Assembly: GCA_050010515.1 (NCBI GenBank)
Contig: JBEKKX010000006.1
Coordinates: forward strand, 11,316-75,315
DNA: 64,000 nt
Origin: Candidatus Bathyarchaeia archaeon
GTDB taxonomy: Archaea > Thermoproteota > Bathyarchaeia > Bathyarchaeales > Bathycorpusculaceae
Reading direction: 5' to 3'
The stretch's first letter is position 1, and each line of letters opens with the position of its first letter. The notes below the pieces were generated by a model. The model ran no database searches. It was not told the origin of the DNA and saw nothing but the letters and a program-made list of their open reading frames with translations. Below are positions 31,000-41,255 of the stretch, one piece after another. Made by a program: the position numbers and the translations under genes.

Positions 31000-33843
31000 T
31001 TAGCAAATGCCCAGTTTGTTCAATTGTTTCTTTACTGCGTCTTCTGCTGCATTTACTGCCTCTTTTAGTTTCTCTGGTTTTGTTCCGCCGCCCTGCGCAA
31101 AGTTGGGTCTTCCACCTCCGCCGCCTCCGATAATAGGCGCAACTTGACGGATTACTTCAGCTGCATTGAAGCCTTGGTCCACTGCTAATGATCCAGACAT
31201 AATAACTAGACCGGACGTTTTGTCAGTTTTTCCTCCGAAGACAGTTATTGTGCCTGGATCTTTTTTGATTAATTCACTGGCAAGCTGAATCATTGGTGCT
31301 ACGTCAACGCCAGAAAACTCTCGTCTTATTACTTTACATTCCCCGAGAATCGTTATTCCTTCTGTCGTTTCCGCAATAAAATCTGGTCTCACTTGTTTGC
31401 TTTCTTTTTCAATAACAAAGCTTTCCTTTTGGGCTAGTTCCTTGATTAGCTTGCGTTTCTCAACATTTGCCTCCTTGAGTTCTTTGACGATTTTCTCAGC
31501 CGTCTTATCCAACTTGTTCGCAGGAGCCGTCAAAACTTCTGAAACCTTCCAGAGCAGGCTTTCCTGTTTCTGTACTGCCTTTAGCGCTTCCAGCCCAACT
31601 GCGTAGCCTAAGCGTTCCACGCCGTCCTGTACGCGTTCGGTGTAGACGATTTTTACAAAGCCGACCTCGCCAGTGCTTCCCAGATGTGTTCCAGCGCACG
31701 CTTCAACGTCCCAATCGCCAGTTTTCACCACTCGGATATCTTTGCCAGGTACTGCACCGCCTTGGTAGAGTCTGAAGCCGTAACGTGCTTCCGCCTCGTT
31801 GCGCGGTAGCCAAGTTGTCTCAACCTTCATGTTAGCGCCTATCGCCTGATTAGCCAATATCTCAATTTTATGAACTTCTTCAGTGCTCAGTCTTCGGTAA
31901 TGTGAAATGTCAAGGCGTGAAGTTTCCAAGCCCTTCTGAGTGCCTGATTGCCAAACATGCTCGCCTAAAACCCGTCTTGCAGCACCATTAATTAGGTGCG
32001 TAACCGTATGCGCCTTCATCAAAGCGTAACGTCTGTCCCAGTTGAGAACGCCGTGAACAGTGCTGCCTTCTTTGAACGTTGGCGATGTGCTGAGTTTGTG
32101 CACTATGATTTTACCGATCTTTTGGGTGTCAACCACGTCAAACTTTGAAGCGCCAACTGTTAGCCATCCGTGGTCTGCTGGTTGCCCTCCGCCCTCAGGG
32201 TAAAAGCATGTTCGATCCAACACGACGTACTTGTCGTTGATTATTTTGAGGACTTTAGCGTCGAACTCACGCATATACGTGTCGGCATAGTACAGTTGTT
32301 CTGTTGCTGGCAGTTGCTCAGCCACTTTCTCGAGCGTTTTCTCGGCTTGGGTTTCTTCCTCTTCGACGGGTTTGGTTGCTTGCATGTGTCGTTTAGCGAT
32401 TAACGCGTAAAAGTTCTCCGGAACCTCCACTTGCACGCCTTCTTTTTCAGCTGCTTGCTTAACAATTTCTGGTGGAAGCCCATGCGAATCATACAGTTCT
32501 GTCAGCGTATCCATTGGTAGTTTGCCTGTGCCTTTTGCTTTCAGGTCGCTGGCTATTCGTTTAACCATGCCTTCTCCGCGTTTGAGCGTGTCTTCAAACT
32601 TTTCCTCCTCAACCTTGAGCATTTCAACGATTTCGTTTTGCATTTCTTTGATGTGTGGGAAATCTTTTGACCAATAATCGACCTGCATATCCACGATATC
32701 GTACAGTTTTGCTGGCTCCATGTTGAGGGTTCGCATTAAACGGTAAACCTTGCGGTACAGCAGCCGCGCTAAGTATCCTTCCTGAATGTTCGATGGCACA
32801 ACCCCTTCAGACAGCATGAAGCTTAAGGTTTTAGTGTGGTCAGTTACTGCCCAAGCATTCTCAATCGGAATCAACACTTTATCAAGCGTTTCCATGTCAA
32901 TTCCAGATAACTCTGACACACGTTTTCTAGTGACAAGCCGATTCGCGTTTTTGTCAACGCTAACCAGACCAGAATACTTCGCTACACGAGATAGAAAATC
33001 GTTGTCAACATTGGTTATTCCCGCCATGCTGAGAACTTTATCAAGCAAATTCCCGTAAATCGCTTGGAACAAGCTTGGCACACCCTGACTGATCCAGGTA
33101 AAGCGGTCAATGCCATAGCCCGTGTCAACCGTGCGAATAGGCAACTCGATGAAGTCGTCGCCGACAACCTTGTACTGCATGAAAACCAAAGTGCCAACCT
33201 CTAATCCCCGCACGATGCATTCCACGTCTGGACCAGCGTTGCCGCCGCCAACCCACACATCCTCCTTGTAGACGACCTCCTCAGATTTTATGCCAAGCAC
33301 TTCAGTGGCAAAGCGGTGGTGAAAACGCACTGTTTCATCCTTCCAGTACACTTCCTTGTCAGGATAGTTGAATGCGTGTGCTCCGCCCATCTCGAAAATG
33401 GTTAAGTGCCTGCCAAAAGTTGGTCCAGTATTCGAAATATCCGTCAGCCTAATGCATGGCTGAGAAATCACCAGCGGATTTGCAGGTGGCGGAGAAATCC
33501 CCTCGGTCACGTAGGGCTGGAAGTCAATTATACTTGCATGCGTTAAGTAAATGTCTTTTCGCCATCGGGCAACAACCGGATAAGGTTTAATGCGGGTATG
33601 CCCATTCTTCTCAAAAAACGAAAGAAACGCCTCCCTCATCTCGGAAAGGCTGAAACTTTTCTTTGTGGCTGGATTATTAATGAAAGTGTAGTATCCGCAT
33701 TCGTCGGAGCTGGATTCGCCGCAAGTTTCCTGCTCAGGGTTCTGAGTCCAATAATACTCACCGCATTTTGGACAATGCTTCCTAACGAAACCTTCCTGTT
33801 TAAAGAATGGAAGAGCATAATCTTCTGCCGTAAACTGCTTCAA
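31000..33843 (-). CDS. alaS: alanine--tRNA ligase (archaeal type)
   Basis: SQPCIR, RHLTIFEM, DTGYGIDR, HTVTH editing motif, EACAGTH, GGGGGRPNFAQGGG. Confidence 0.96.
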   Translation of the reverse strand: MKQFTAEDYALPFFKQEGFVRKHCPKCGEYYWTQNPEQETCGESSSDECGYYTFINNPATKKSFSLSEMREAFLSFFEKNGHTRIKPYPVVARWRKDIYLTHASIIDFQPYVTEGISPPPANPLVISQPCIRLTDISNTGPTFGRHLTIFEMGGAHAFNYPDKEVYWKDETVRFHHRFATEVLGIKSEEVVYKEDVWVGGGNAGPDVECIVRGLEVGTLVFMQYKVVGDDFIELPIRTVDTGYGIDRFTWISQGVPSLFQAIYGNLLDKVLSMAGITNVDNDFLSRVAKYSGLVSVDKNANRLVTRKRVSELSGIDMETLDKVLIPIENAWAVTDHTKTLSFMLSEGVVPSNIQEGYLARLLYRKVYRLMRTLNMEPAKLYDIVDMQVDYWSKDFPHIKEMQNEIVEMLKVEEEKFEDTLKRGEGMVKRIASDLKAKGTGKLPMDTLTELYDSHGLPPEIVKQAAEKEGVQVEVPENFYALIAKRHMQATKPVEEEETQAEKTLEKVAEQLPATEQLYYADTYMREFDAKVLKIINDKYVVLDRTCFYPEGGGQPADHGWLTVGASKFDVVDTQKIGKIIVHKLSTSPTFKEGSTVHGVLNWDRRYALMKAHTVTHLINGAARRVLGEHVWQSGTQKGLETSRLDISHYRRLSTEEVHKIEILANQAIGANMKVETTWLPRNEAEARYGFRLYQGGAVPGKDIRVVKTGDWDVEACAGTHLGSTGEVGFVKIVYTERVQDGVERLGYAVGLEALKAVQKQESLLWKVSEVLTAPANKLDKTAEKIVKELKEANVEKRKLIKELAQKESFVIEKESKQVRPDFIAETTEGITILGECKVIRREFSGVDVAPMIQLASELIKKDPGTITVFGGKTDKTSGLVIMSGSLAVDQGFNAAEVIRQVAPIIGGGGGGRPNFAQGGGTKPEKLKEAVNAAEDAVKKQLNKLGIC

Positions 33844-33906
33844 ACTTTTGGCACTCCATTTTCATTGACTGTTCTTTAGCTTTTAATGGGTACTAGATTC
33901 ATGCAT

Positions 33907-35277
33907 TTAAATAATTTCGCCCAACTTTCTAACTAAAGAAGAATGCCAGCCCTCAATCATCGGCTTAGATTCATAAAGCTGTTTTTCCAACCCGTAACGC
34001 CTAAGCGGTTTGGTAAGATGTCTCTGTGACCTTGTCGAAGTCAAGTACAGACCAGCGTTAAGCGTTCTAGGTAGGGCTGATTCTTTCTTGGTTAAGTCGC
34101 CATATTCCGCTCCGCATTTTTCACAGCGGAACCCTTGGTTTTTGCCCATGGACTTCAAGCGTTTACCGCAGCATGGGCAGAGCGGATTCTCAAATACCGT
34201 TTTCGGCGCAAGGTTTAGGATGTTAATTTTTTCAAGGTTAATTGTTAACGGCTTGCTTGACGTTGGCTTATGCACTGCACCATAAACCTCAACGCTGTCG
34301 CCAACGATGAGTTCTCTTGCGATTTTGCGTAGGCTACCAGTTGGTTCGTAAGCGGCGCAATCTACTTCTGCCGAATCATCTTTAATTGAAAAGATAACGT
34401 GGCGCAGGGGAACTATCCGCGGGTTCTGCGAAACAACGCCTTTAGCGATTACTGAACTGTAAGGTTCAATCTTGCTTAATGCTTCAACAGGCTTTAGGTG
34501 GGCATCGGTGCCTTGGTTTGAACGGAAAATAACCCAGCGCTCAACACTTTCAAGCGGCTTAATCATGCCGTAAGCTTTCTTTACTATTTCTGGCGATTCG
34601 CCTCTTATGCCGAAGAGAATTGGGTCTGGACCTCGAGGTGTAATGATTACTCTGCGCTTCTCACAATCAACATTGTTAAAAGTGTAAGGCTGCAATTGCT
34701 GATCCATCTCAAAAATGGATACTTCATCAACTTTCCTCTTTGAACCCCAATTCTGCGGTGCCCTATAAGCAATTAACTCGTACGTGTGGTCGCAGTTGAG
34801 GGTTTCGCCAACGGCTGCCAACGCGCCAATGATGCCTCTGCAAGAGTTAAAGCCTAACGCTTCAGCCCCAAACTTCTTGATTAGCGCCATTGCTTCTTTG
34901 AGTTTTACAATGCTTGTTTCAGTTTTTTTCGCAAAAACCCCCAGTTCCTCGGGGATTTCTTGCCCCTTCAAAAAGACTATTCCAGGGTCTGTGCCTTTCT
35001 CTTTGATGGCTGAGTTTTCTTCCCATAAAGTTATAGCTGACTCTTTTATTTGCTCTTCAAATGTGGCGTCATACTTGAATCTTAGGCAGAGGGCACCGTT
35101 GCCTCTTGTTTTCCATGGCACGTTCGGATTAAGCCTGATCAAGCTTGGATAATCAGTAAATTCAACGTAAAACTTTTCAAGCTCTTCAATAAGTAATGCC
35201 GCAAGATAGGTTGTGCAACCCCCCTTCGTTGAGTCTGTATCGTCCAGCCCAATGTGCATTACCTGTTGCCTATTCAA
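33907..35277 (-). CDS. tiaS: tRNA(Ile2) 2-agmatinylcytidine synthetase
   Basis: GLDDTDSTKGGCTT, RLNPNVPWKTRGNGA, NQGTDAH, zinc ribbon, RHLTKP. Confidence 0.95.
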   Translation of the reverse strand: MNRQQVMHIGLDDTDSTKGGCTTYLAALLIEELEKFYVEFTDYPSLIRLNPNVPWKTRGNGALCLRFKYDATFEEQIKESAITLWEENSAIKEKGTDPGIVFLKGQEIPEELGVFAKKTETSIVKLKEAMALIKKFGAEALGFNSCRGIIGALAAVGETLNCDHTYELIAYRAPQNWGSKRKVDEVSIFEMDQQLQPYTFNNVDCEKRRVIITPRGPDPILFGIRGESPEIVKKAYGMIKPLESVERWVIFRSNQGTDAHLKPVEALSKIEPYSSVIAKGVVSQNPRIVPLRHVIFSIKDDSAEVDCAAYEPTGSLRKIARELIVGDSVEVYGAVHKPTSSKPLTINLEKINILNLAPKTVFENPLCPCCGKRLKSMGKNQGFRCEKCGAEYGDLTKKESALPRTLNAGLYLTSTRSQRHLTKPLRRYGLEKQLYESKPMIEGWHSSLVRKLGEII

Positions 35278-35358
35278 AGCAGCTGCTCTCCAAGCTAAAT
35301 TAGAGAATTAAGCAGCGAAGGTAAAAAATATTGTTAGCCAGAAGCGAAGGTTAGTCTA

Positions 35359-35649
35359 TTATTTATTGAAGAATGGGGTTTGTTCAAAAATTACTTGTTC
35401 TTGCAGTGTTGTTTGACGTTTTTCACTTATTATCATGGTTAGTTTCGAGTTTATTTTGCCGATTTTCTCGATTCTTTTTGCTACGATATATTTGAATTTC
35501 TCCATGTTGTCTGCTTTTACGTTTGCGATTATATCATAGACGCCCCAGAGGTTATGCGCTTCTTAGACGCCTTCAATCTTTTTAAGCGATTTCAGTACTT
35601 GATTTTCAGCTCCTATTTCGGTACTTAAGAGGATATACGCTGTTGAGAT
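35359..35649 (-). pseudogene. Lrp/AsnC ligand-binding (RAM) domain pseudogene
   Basis: ISTAYILLSTEIGAENQVLKSLKKIEGV*EAHNLWGVYDII...; in-frame TAA at 35563-35565 where the paralogues have Glu; start codon reads ATC. Confidence 0.8.
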
Positions 35650-35945
35650 TTTCTTAACAAACTCCTTTCATTTTTGGGGGCGGGGCGGTTGGATTCAGAG
35701 GTTTGGGGAATCTTTCTTGTTCAAGGGAAACGAAAAATGCTCGATAGGTGTCCAAACCTCTTCACCCAACCTATAAAAAATTCAGTGCATCTGTTCACGG
35801 GGAGAGTTCTTACTATGATGTGGCTCCTTCCTAGCTTACTATTGTGGATTTGCACGTTTGCTTCCATTCTCTCACTGCTCCAGACACACTGAGATGTTAA
35901 GATGAGTTGTACAAAATTTAAAATTATGTGACTAGCATGATACAG

Positions 35946-36092
35946 TCACAACTTGACATTCATTGTGCGGAAGTTTGGAAGTTTTTGTTTGTTGAGCTTA
36001 ATTTTAGCGTAGTGGTTTCTGGCATGGATCTATAGTTCTTTTCCGTTTTGGAAGTCGGTTCTGCACCATGGGCATTTGAATTCTACTTTTAT
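35946..36092 (-). pseudogene. small C2H2 zinc-finger gene remnant
   Basis: IKVEFKCPWCRTDFQNGKEL*IHARNHY; in-frame TAG at 36030-36032; no canonical start. Confidence 0.5.
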
Positions 36093-36203
36093 TAGTTATC
36101 GTTTTTAAGTTTGTTTCTAGGTAATTTAAGGCTGCGTATTTATCTAAAAATAGCAATCGCGGTTCTTTGAGGTTATTATAAAAGAAAGGGAGTTTAAATG
36201 ATG

Positions 36204-36440
36204 TTATTTTTCTTCAACGACAATCATTGTTAATGTTGACCGTACTTTGTCTAGTCGTCGAATGCGCCACGTTACTATTTCTTTTAATTTATCCATGGTG
36301 TCTGCTTTGACTCTTGCCACTATGTCGTAGACTCCGTAAACGGCTGATGCTTCTTCAACACCCTCGACTTTTTTGAGTTCTTTCAGCACGTCAGATTCTG
36401 AACCTATCTCGGTATTTATTAAAACAAAGGCTGTTGGCAT
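36204..36440 (-). CDS. standalone Lrp/AsnC ligand-binding (RAM) domain protein
   Basis: AFVLINTEIGSE...VYGVYDIVARV...STLTMIV. Confidence 0.9.
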   Translation of the reverse strand: MPTAFVLINTEIGSESDVLKELKKVEGVEEASAVYGVYDIVARVKADTMDKLKEIVTWRIRRLDKVRSTLTMIVVEEK

Positions 36441-36558
36441 ATCAATCCAATCCTATAATAATTGAGTAGTTAAGTATGCATTAAAATGTTTCCTAGGAAG
36501 CTCTCAAGTTACCGTTTGATGTCATCTAAAATATATAGAAATTGGGCAAATTATCATT

Positions 36559-37587
36559 CTACTTCTTTCGTATAATTTTTATACCTGCCCATTGTAAGGC
36601 TCCATAAGACACGACGAGCCGGAACCATAGGCTCACAACCCTTGTCAGCAAAGTAACAGAAACACTTAGTGCTGCGGGGATTCCAAGTGCAGTAAATGAA
36701 ATGCTCATGATTAATTCAGGAAACCCGAAAAATGTTACGCCTACAGTCTGGAGCGTCCCAGTTAAGGTGAATACAATGAGCACTTTATCAACGGGCACGG
36801 GATAACCTAATGCAATAAAAGTCAAAAATATAACAGATACTTCGAAAATAAAGCTTATAACGGCATATATGATGGGTTTAACTAGCGCTTTGGGATTCGC
36901 CTTCAATTGTTCCATGCCTAAATGAAATTTACCCAACACCCCATCTGCTTTAAGCATAAAATTTTGAGGGTTCCACCTTTTTCTGAAAAAAGACGCTATG
37001 CGTATGCCCCAGTTTAGCAAAGTTTTGGTTGCTTTTGGCTTAAGGCTCACGTAGTAAACGAGCAGAAGGGATAAAATTGAGAGAGCTAAGACAAAGGCAA
37101 TTAAAAAAGTAACTATGAAAGGCAAGGGATAACTAATAAGTACTAATCCTAAACCAAGACCTAAAGCAACAACAGTCATTGTTATGGTAAAAATTTTTTG
37201 TCCAACGACAGAAGCACCTATTTTTCCCGAAGCTTCATTTGAGTCCTTGGTTAAAAAATAAGTTTTAGATATTTCCCCAGACCAACCCAACTGCGGAACT
37301 GTTGCGTCAAAAAATAATCCAACCCACGTTAACAACAAAGCCTTTCGTTTGCTGATTTTTACTGATAAATTATTTAGCAAGTTACGCCAAACGAGCGAAG
37401 AGAAAAATGCAAACATAAAATATGATACAAAAGCACATGCATAATAAGCAAGATTTGTCCTTGAAAGTATGTCCAAAACTTGCGCAGGATTGATGAAGAA
37501 GTAAAAATAAAGAATGAAGGCTATTAACCCTAATATTAAAACTGTAAGAATCACGTTTAGACGCAGCGGTCTTTTAGTTGTGTTCAT
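36559..37587 (-). CDS. UPF0104/lysylphosphatidylglycerol-synthase-TM flippase-like membrane protein
   Basis: Multi-TM; W..LL...GLFFDATVP..SGE pattern; C-terminal LLTRVVSLWF. Confidence 0.85.
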   Translation of the reverse strand: MNTTKRPLRLNVILTVLILGLIAFILYFYFFINPAQVLDILSRTNLAYYACAFVSYFMFAFFSSLVWRNLLNNLSVKISKRKALLLTWVGLFFDATVPQLGWSGEISKTYFLTKDSNEASGKIGASVVGQKIFTITMTVVALGLGLGLVLISYPLPFIVTFLIAFVLALSILSLLLVYYVSLKPKATKTLLNWGIRIASFFRKRWNPQNFMLKADGVLGKFHLGMEQLKANPKALVKPIIYAVISFIFEVSVIFLTFIALGYPVPVDKVLIVFTLTGTLQTVGVTFFGFPELIMSISFTALGIPAALSVSVTLLTRVVSLWFRLVVSYGALQWAGIKIIRKK

Positions 37588-37830
37588 TTAGGTTTTCAAG
37601 CCTTTGATTAAACACTCAGCACCTAATCTATTAAGCGTACCCAACCTGTTAAGTCACATTTTTCACTTTATTTCTTAAGAATAATCGGAATCAGCAACCA
37701 AAGACGCTTAAGCCAATAACTAAAAAGCAAGGCTGATAATTTGTCTGGTAGGAATGTTACAGTAAGTTATAAACAAAATTAATTTTCCACATTATAAAAC
37801 AAAAAATAAGAGAATGATGGTTCGTCGGCT

Positions 37831-38076
37831 TTATTCTTCCATCATTATCAACGTTAACGTTGACCTGACTCTGCTTATGTTTCTTACTTTCCGCGTTACC
37901 GTTTCCCTAAGTTTTTCCATTGACTCAGCTTTTACTTTAGTAATTATGTCATATACGCCATAAGAGTAGTATGCTTCTTCTACGCCTTCAATTTTTTTAA
38001 TTTGCTCAAGAACTTCTTCTTCCGAGCCTGATTCAACGTTTATCAATACAAAGGCTTTAGGCATTTCTATCTCCAC
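37831..38076 (-). CDS. standalone Lrp/AsnC ligand-binding (RAM) domain protein
   Basis: AFVLINVESGSE...SYGVYDIITKV...STLTLIM. Confidence 0.9.
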   Translation of the reverse strand: MEIEMPKAFVLINVESGSEEEVLEQIKKIEGVEEAYYSYGVYDIITKVKAESMEKLRETVTRKVRNISRVRSTLTLIMMEE

Positions 38077-38183
38077 TCATACTTAGTAGGCTCTTAATTA
38101 AAATATTTCTGCCATAAAAGACAAATTTTTCAATCAATTCTATGAGGACTATTCTATTCTAAAAGAAAAGTTAAGAAAAAAAA

Positions 38184-38456
38184 TTGGTTCATTGTACAAA
38201 ATGTGGCAAATTAAACCCTAACAGTGCTACCCACTGTTATAACTGTCGGACTCCGCTTTATGGCGTTGACTGGAGAGGCTGTTGGCGTGAGCATCGACAT
38301 CGGTATTACGAAGACGAATATGATCATATCAAGGAGGTCCCAGTGGCTTTGGGCTTTCTAATTTCAGGTGTAATAGTAATTTTTATGACGTTCGCCTTAT
38401 TTTTCATCTTTCATTATTTTTCACGGTTTTTGGTCTATAGGGTTAGTCCTGATTAG
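38184..38456 (+). CDS. zinc-ribbon membrane protein
   Basis: CTKCG...CYNC plus a C-terminal TM helix. Confidence 0.65.
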   Translation: MVHCTKCGKLNPNSATHCYNCRTPLYGVDWRGCWREHRHRYYEDEYDHIKEVPVALGFLISGVIVIFMTFALFFIFHYFSRFLVYRVSPD

Positions 38457-38630
38457 TAGGCGAACTTATACGCGGAGGTGATGCTCAACCGCAGATACAG
38501 GCAACCGCGCCTCATTAGTCTGCTTACATGTTTAAAGTAAATCATTCTTGATTGCACGTTTTTGCAGTTCAGCACACAAAAGAGTTATATTAAGTCAGCT
38601 TGAAAGGTGTAAGTTATTGCGGGGAAAGCA

Positions 38631-40259
38631 ATGGTTAAGTATATTTTCGTAACAGGCGGCGTGTTAAGTTCGGTCGGCAAAGGCATATTGACTTCTTCCA
38701 TCGGTAAAATGCTTCAGGCTCGAGGATTAAAGCCTACGGTTGTAAAAATCGACCCTTACGTAAATGTTGATGCGGGAACGATGAATCCGTACATGCATGG
38801 TGAAGTCTTTGTGACCGACGACGGAGGAGAAACAGACTTAGATTTAGGCTGGTACGAACGCTTCTTAGATTTAAGCCTCAAACAAGAAAACAACTTAACC
38901 ACTGGCATGGTTTATAAATCTGTTATTGAGAAAGAGCGGCGAGGCGACTTTTTAGGACGATGCGTCCAAATTGTGCCACATATAACTAACGAAATTAAAA
39001 ATCGCATTAAAATCGTGGGCAAAGCTACATGTGCAGATATTGTTTTGACTGAAGTTGGCGGAACAGTTGGCGACATTGAAGGCTTGCCATTTCTGGAAGC
39101 TATTCGCCAGATGCGTATTGATGAAGGCTATGAGAATACGCTTTATGTACATTTGGCTTTGGTGCCCATTTTAGATGTTACTGGTGAAATGAAAACCAAA
39201 CCCTTACAGCACAGCGTTAACGAGTTAAGAGGCATCGGTATTCAACCTGATACTATAGTGGCTAGAAGCCCCAAAATGATTGATGATGAAGCCCTCAGAA
39301 AAATAGCTTTGTTTGGCACTATTCCGGAAAGCTCCGTTTTCTGCTCTTATAACGCTGAATCCGTTTATCAGGTTCCGCTTATTTTAGATAAGCAAGGTAT
39401 GGGCGATTTCATATGTCAAAGATTAGCTATTAAATGTGACACTAAAGATTTCGGTGCTTGGCAGCAGTTCGTTGAAGGACTGGTAAATCCAAAAAATGAG
39501 GTAAAGATAGCGTTAGTAGGCAAATACGCTGGGTTAGCTGACAGTTATGTAAGCATGACCGAAGCACTCCGGCACGCTGGCGGCGCATGCAAGACTAAAG
39601 TTTGCATCTCTTACTTAGAAGCTGAGAAACTGGAGCATGAACCTCAATGTGTAAAAGACCTTGCCAATTTTGACGGAGTTTTCGTTCCTTACGGATTTGG
39701 TCCAAGAGGAACTGAAGGCAAAATTGCAGCTGTCCAGTTTGCCCGAGAGAATGATATTCCATTCTTAGGCATTTGTTACGGTTTCCAATTAGCAGTTATC
39801 GAGTATGCTCGAAACGTTTGCGGGTTAAAGGATGCAAATAGCACGGAAATTAATCCTGAAACTCCATATCCAGTCATAGACCTTATGCCTGAGCAGCGTG
39901 GCATAGAAATTAAGGGCGCAACGATGCGTTTGGGTGCGCATAAAGTGATTTTGCAAAAAGGTACGCTTGCCTATAGCATGTACGGGCAAGAAGAAATTTA
40001 CGAGCGCCACAGACACCGCTTTGAAGTTAACTTGGACTACCAAGAAAATCTAAGAAACAATGGTTTATGCTTCACTGGCAAAAGCACTGACGGCAGAAGA
40101 ATGGAAACCTTAGAGTTGCCAAAAAACTACTTCTTCTTTGCCTCTCAGTTCCATGGAGAATTCAAAAGCCGACCTGGAAGACCTTCACCTGAATACTTCG
40201 GGTTTATCCAAGCATGCATTAATAAAAAGCTTGGAAAACCAAAAGCCATTATTTCTTAG
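38631..40259 (+). CDS. pyrG: CTP synthase
   Basis: KYIFVTGGVLSSVGKG, GICYG, ERHRHRFE, SQFHGEF. Confidence 0.97.
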   Translation: MVKYIFVTGGVLSSVGKGILTSSIGKMLQARGLKPTVVKIDPYVNVDAGTMNPYMHGEVFVTDDGGETDLDLGWYERFLDLSLKQENNLTTGMVYKSVIEKERRGDFLGRCVQIVPHITNEIKNRIKIVGKATCADIVLTEVGGTVGDIEGLPFLEAIRQMRIDEGYENTLYVHLALVPILDVTGEMKTKPLQHSVNELRGIGIQPDTIVARSPKMIDDEALRKIALFGTIPESSVFCSYNAESVYQVPLILDKQGMGDFICQRLAIKCDTKDFGAWQQFVEGLVNPKNEVKIALVGKYAGLADSYVSMTEALRHAGGACKTKVCISYLEAEKLEHEPQCVKDLANFDGVFVPYGFGPRGTEGKIAAVQFARENDIPFLGICYGFQLAVIEYARNVCGLKDANSTEINPETPYPVIDLMPEQRGIEIKGATMRLGAHKVILQKGTLAYSMYGQEEIYERHRHRFEVNLDYQENLRNNGLCFTGKSTDGRRMETLELPKNYFFFASQFHGEFKSRPGRPSPEYFGFIQACINKKLGKPKAIIS

Positions 40260-40327
40260 CAATCAAGGGTAATAGTAGAAAAAGCTATAATGCATGATTG
40301 ACATGAGACGGTAAGGATTGGTTAAAA

Positions 40328-40618
40328 ATGACTGAAGAAGGAAAATGGGATTCAAACGGTTTTGACAAGCTAATGAAAAATAGCAAAAACGAACTTTCAG
40401 ATTTACAGAACCAGCAGCAAAATTTAATGATGAAGTTTTGTTTGCGTGCCTTGAGAGTTTATCAAGCTACAAGGCCAGAACCGCTAAGACCTAATGAAGT
40501 CTCTTTGCTAATTAAGAACGAACTGAACAACGTTATTGCTGACCTTACAGCGCAGTCAAACTTGGATAACATTGCTAAACTTGTAAAGGAAGAGTGGACT
40601 AAACAGCCTAAACCATAG
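40328..40618 (+). CDS. hypothetical protein
   Basis: 96-aa ORF of helical composition. Confidence 0.65.
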   Translation: MTEEGKWDSNGFDKLMKNSKNELSDLQNQQQNLMMKFCLRALRVYQATRPEPLRPNEVSLLIKNELNNVIADLTAQSNLDNIAKLVKEEWTKQPKP

Positions 40619-41255
40619 GTTAACTACCTTAACACTGTTTTTTCCATGCGACCGTAACTGGCATGCAAAGGCTTGTTTGAGACACTGGCAAAGCGAGGCC
40701 TACCCGCACTTTTGAGGTAATTTTCACTCAATAGTGCGCATACCTACCCGTACCTCATTTTTTAAACACGGTTCACCAGCTAAAAACTATGTTGCCCCTC
40801 TCCTCATTTAGCTATCAATTTCGGGAACAAATTGACAAGCGCTCCCTGCCTGCACGCTGAAAAATACGAGAACAAAATAGAATGGGCTGTCGGGTGCATG
40901 AGCCTTCAAAAGTGAACCCAACTTGTTTTTTCCACTGAAAACTGATATAGTCGCAAGAATCAACCCATAACCTTACTCTACCGCATAAGTCCTACAGGTC
41001 ATTAAAAGGTCGGTCAAAACTGCCTTCTTGCCTGCGTTCTTGCCCATCTCAGAAATTTAAAACTCGCCCGAAACTTCAATGGCAAAAATGTGACAAATTA
41101 ATGTCCCTCCTAACATTGGATTTACGCCACATAAAGGACCCGCTATGAAAATAAATTTGGTGTATGACTTTTGCTTTTTTATGCATTGCAGTTCATAAGA
41201 AACATTAAAAGGATTAGCATACAACCTATTCTTATAACTATAAATCGTTGGTGAA

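Noticed and set aside
26660-31430. Autonomous transposon or integrative element
   Set aside because: No integrase or transposase gene and no terminal inverted repeats seen
36030-36032. Pyrrolysine or other stop-codon recoding
   Set aside because: Single instance, no start codon, the neighbouring pseudogene is broken by TAA, and many genes here end in TAG normally
40620-41250. ~630-bp intergenic region as a hidden gene or RNA
   Set aside because: No sustained open frame, repeat or convincing stem found by eye
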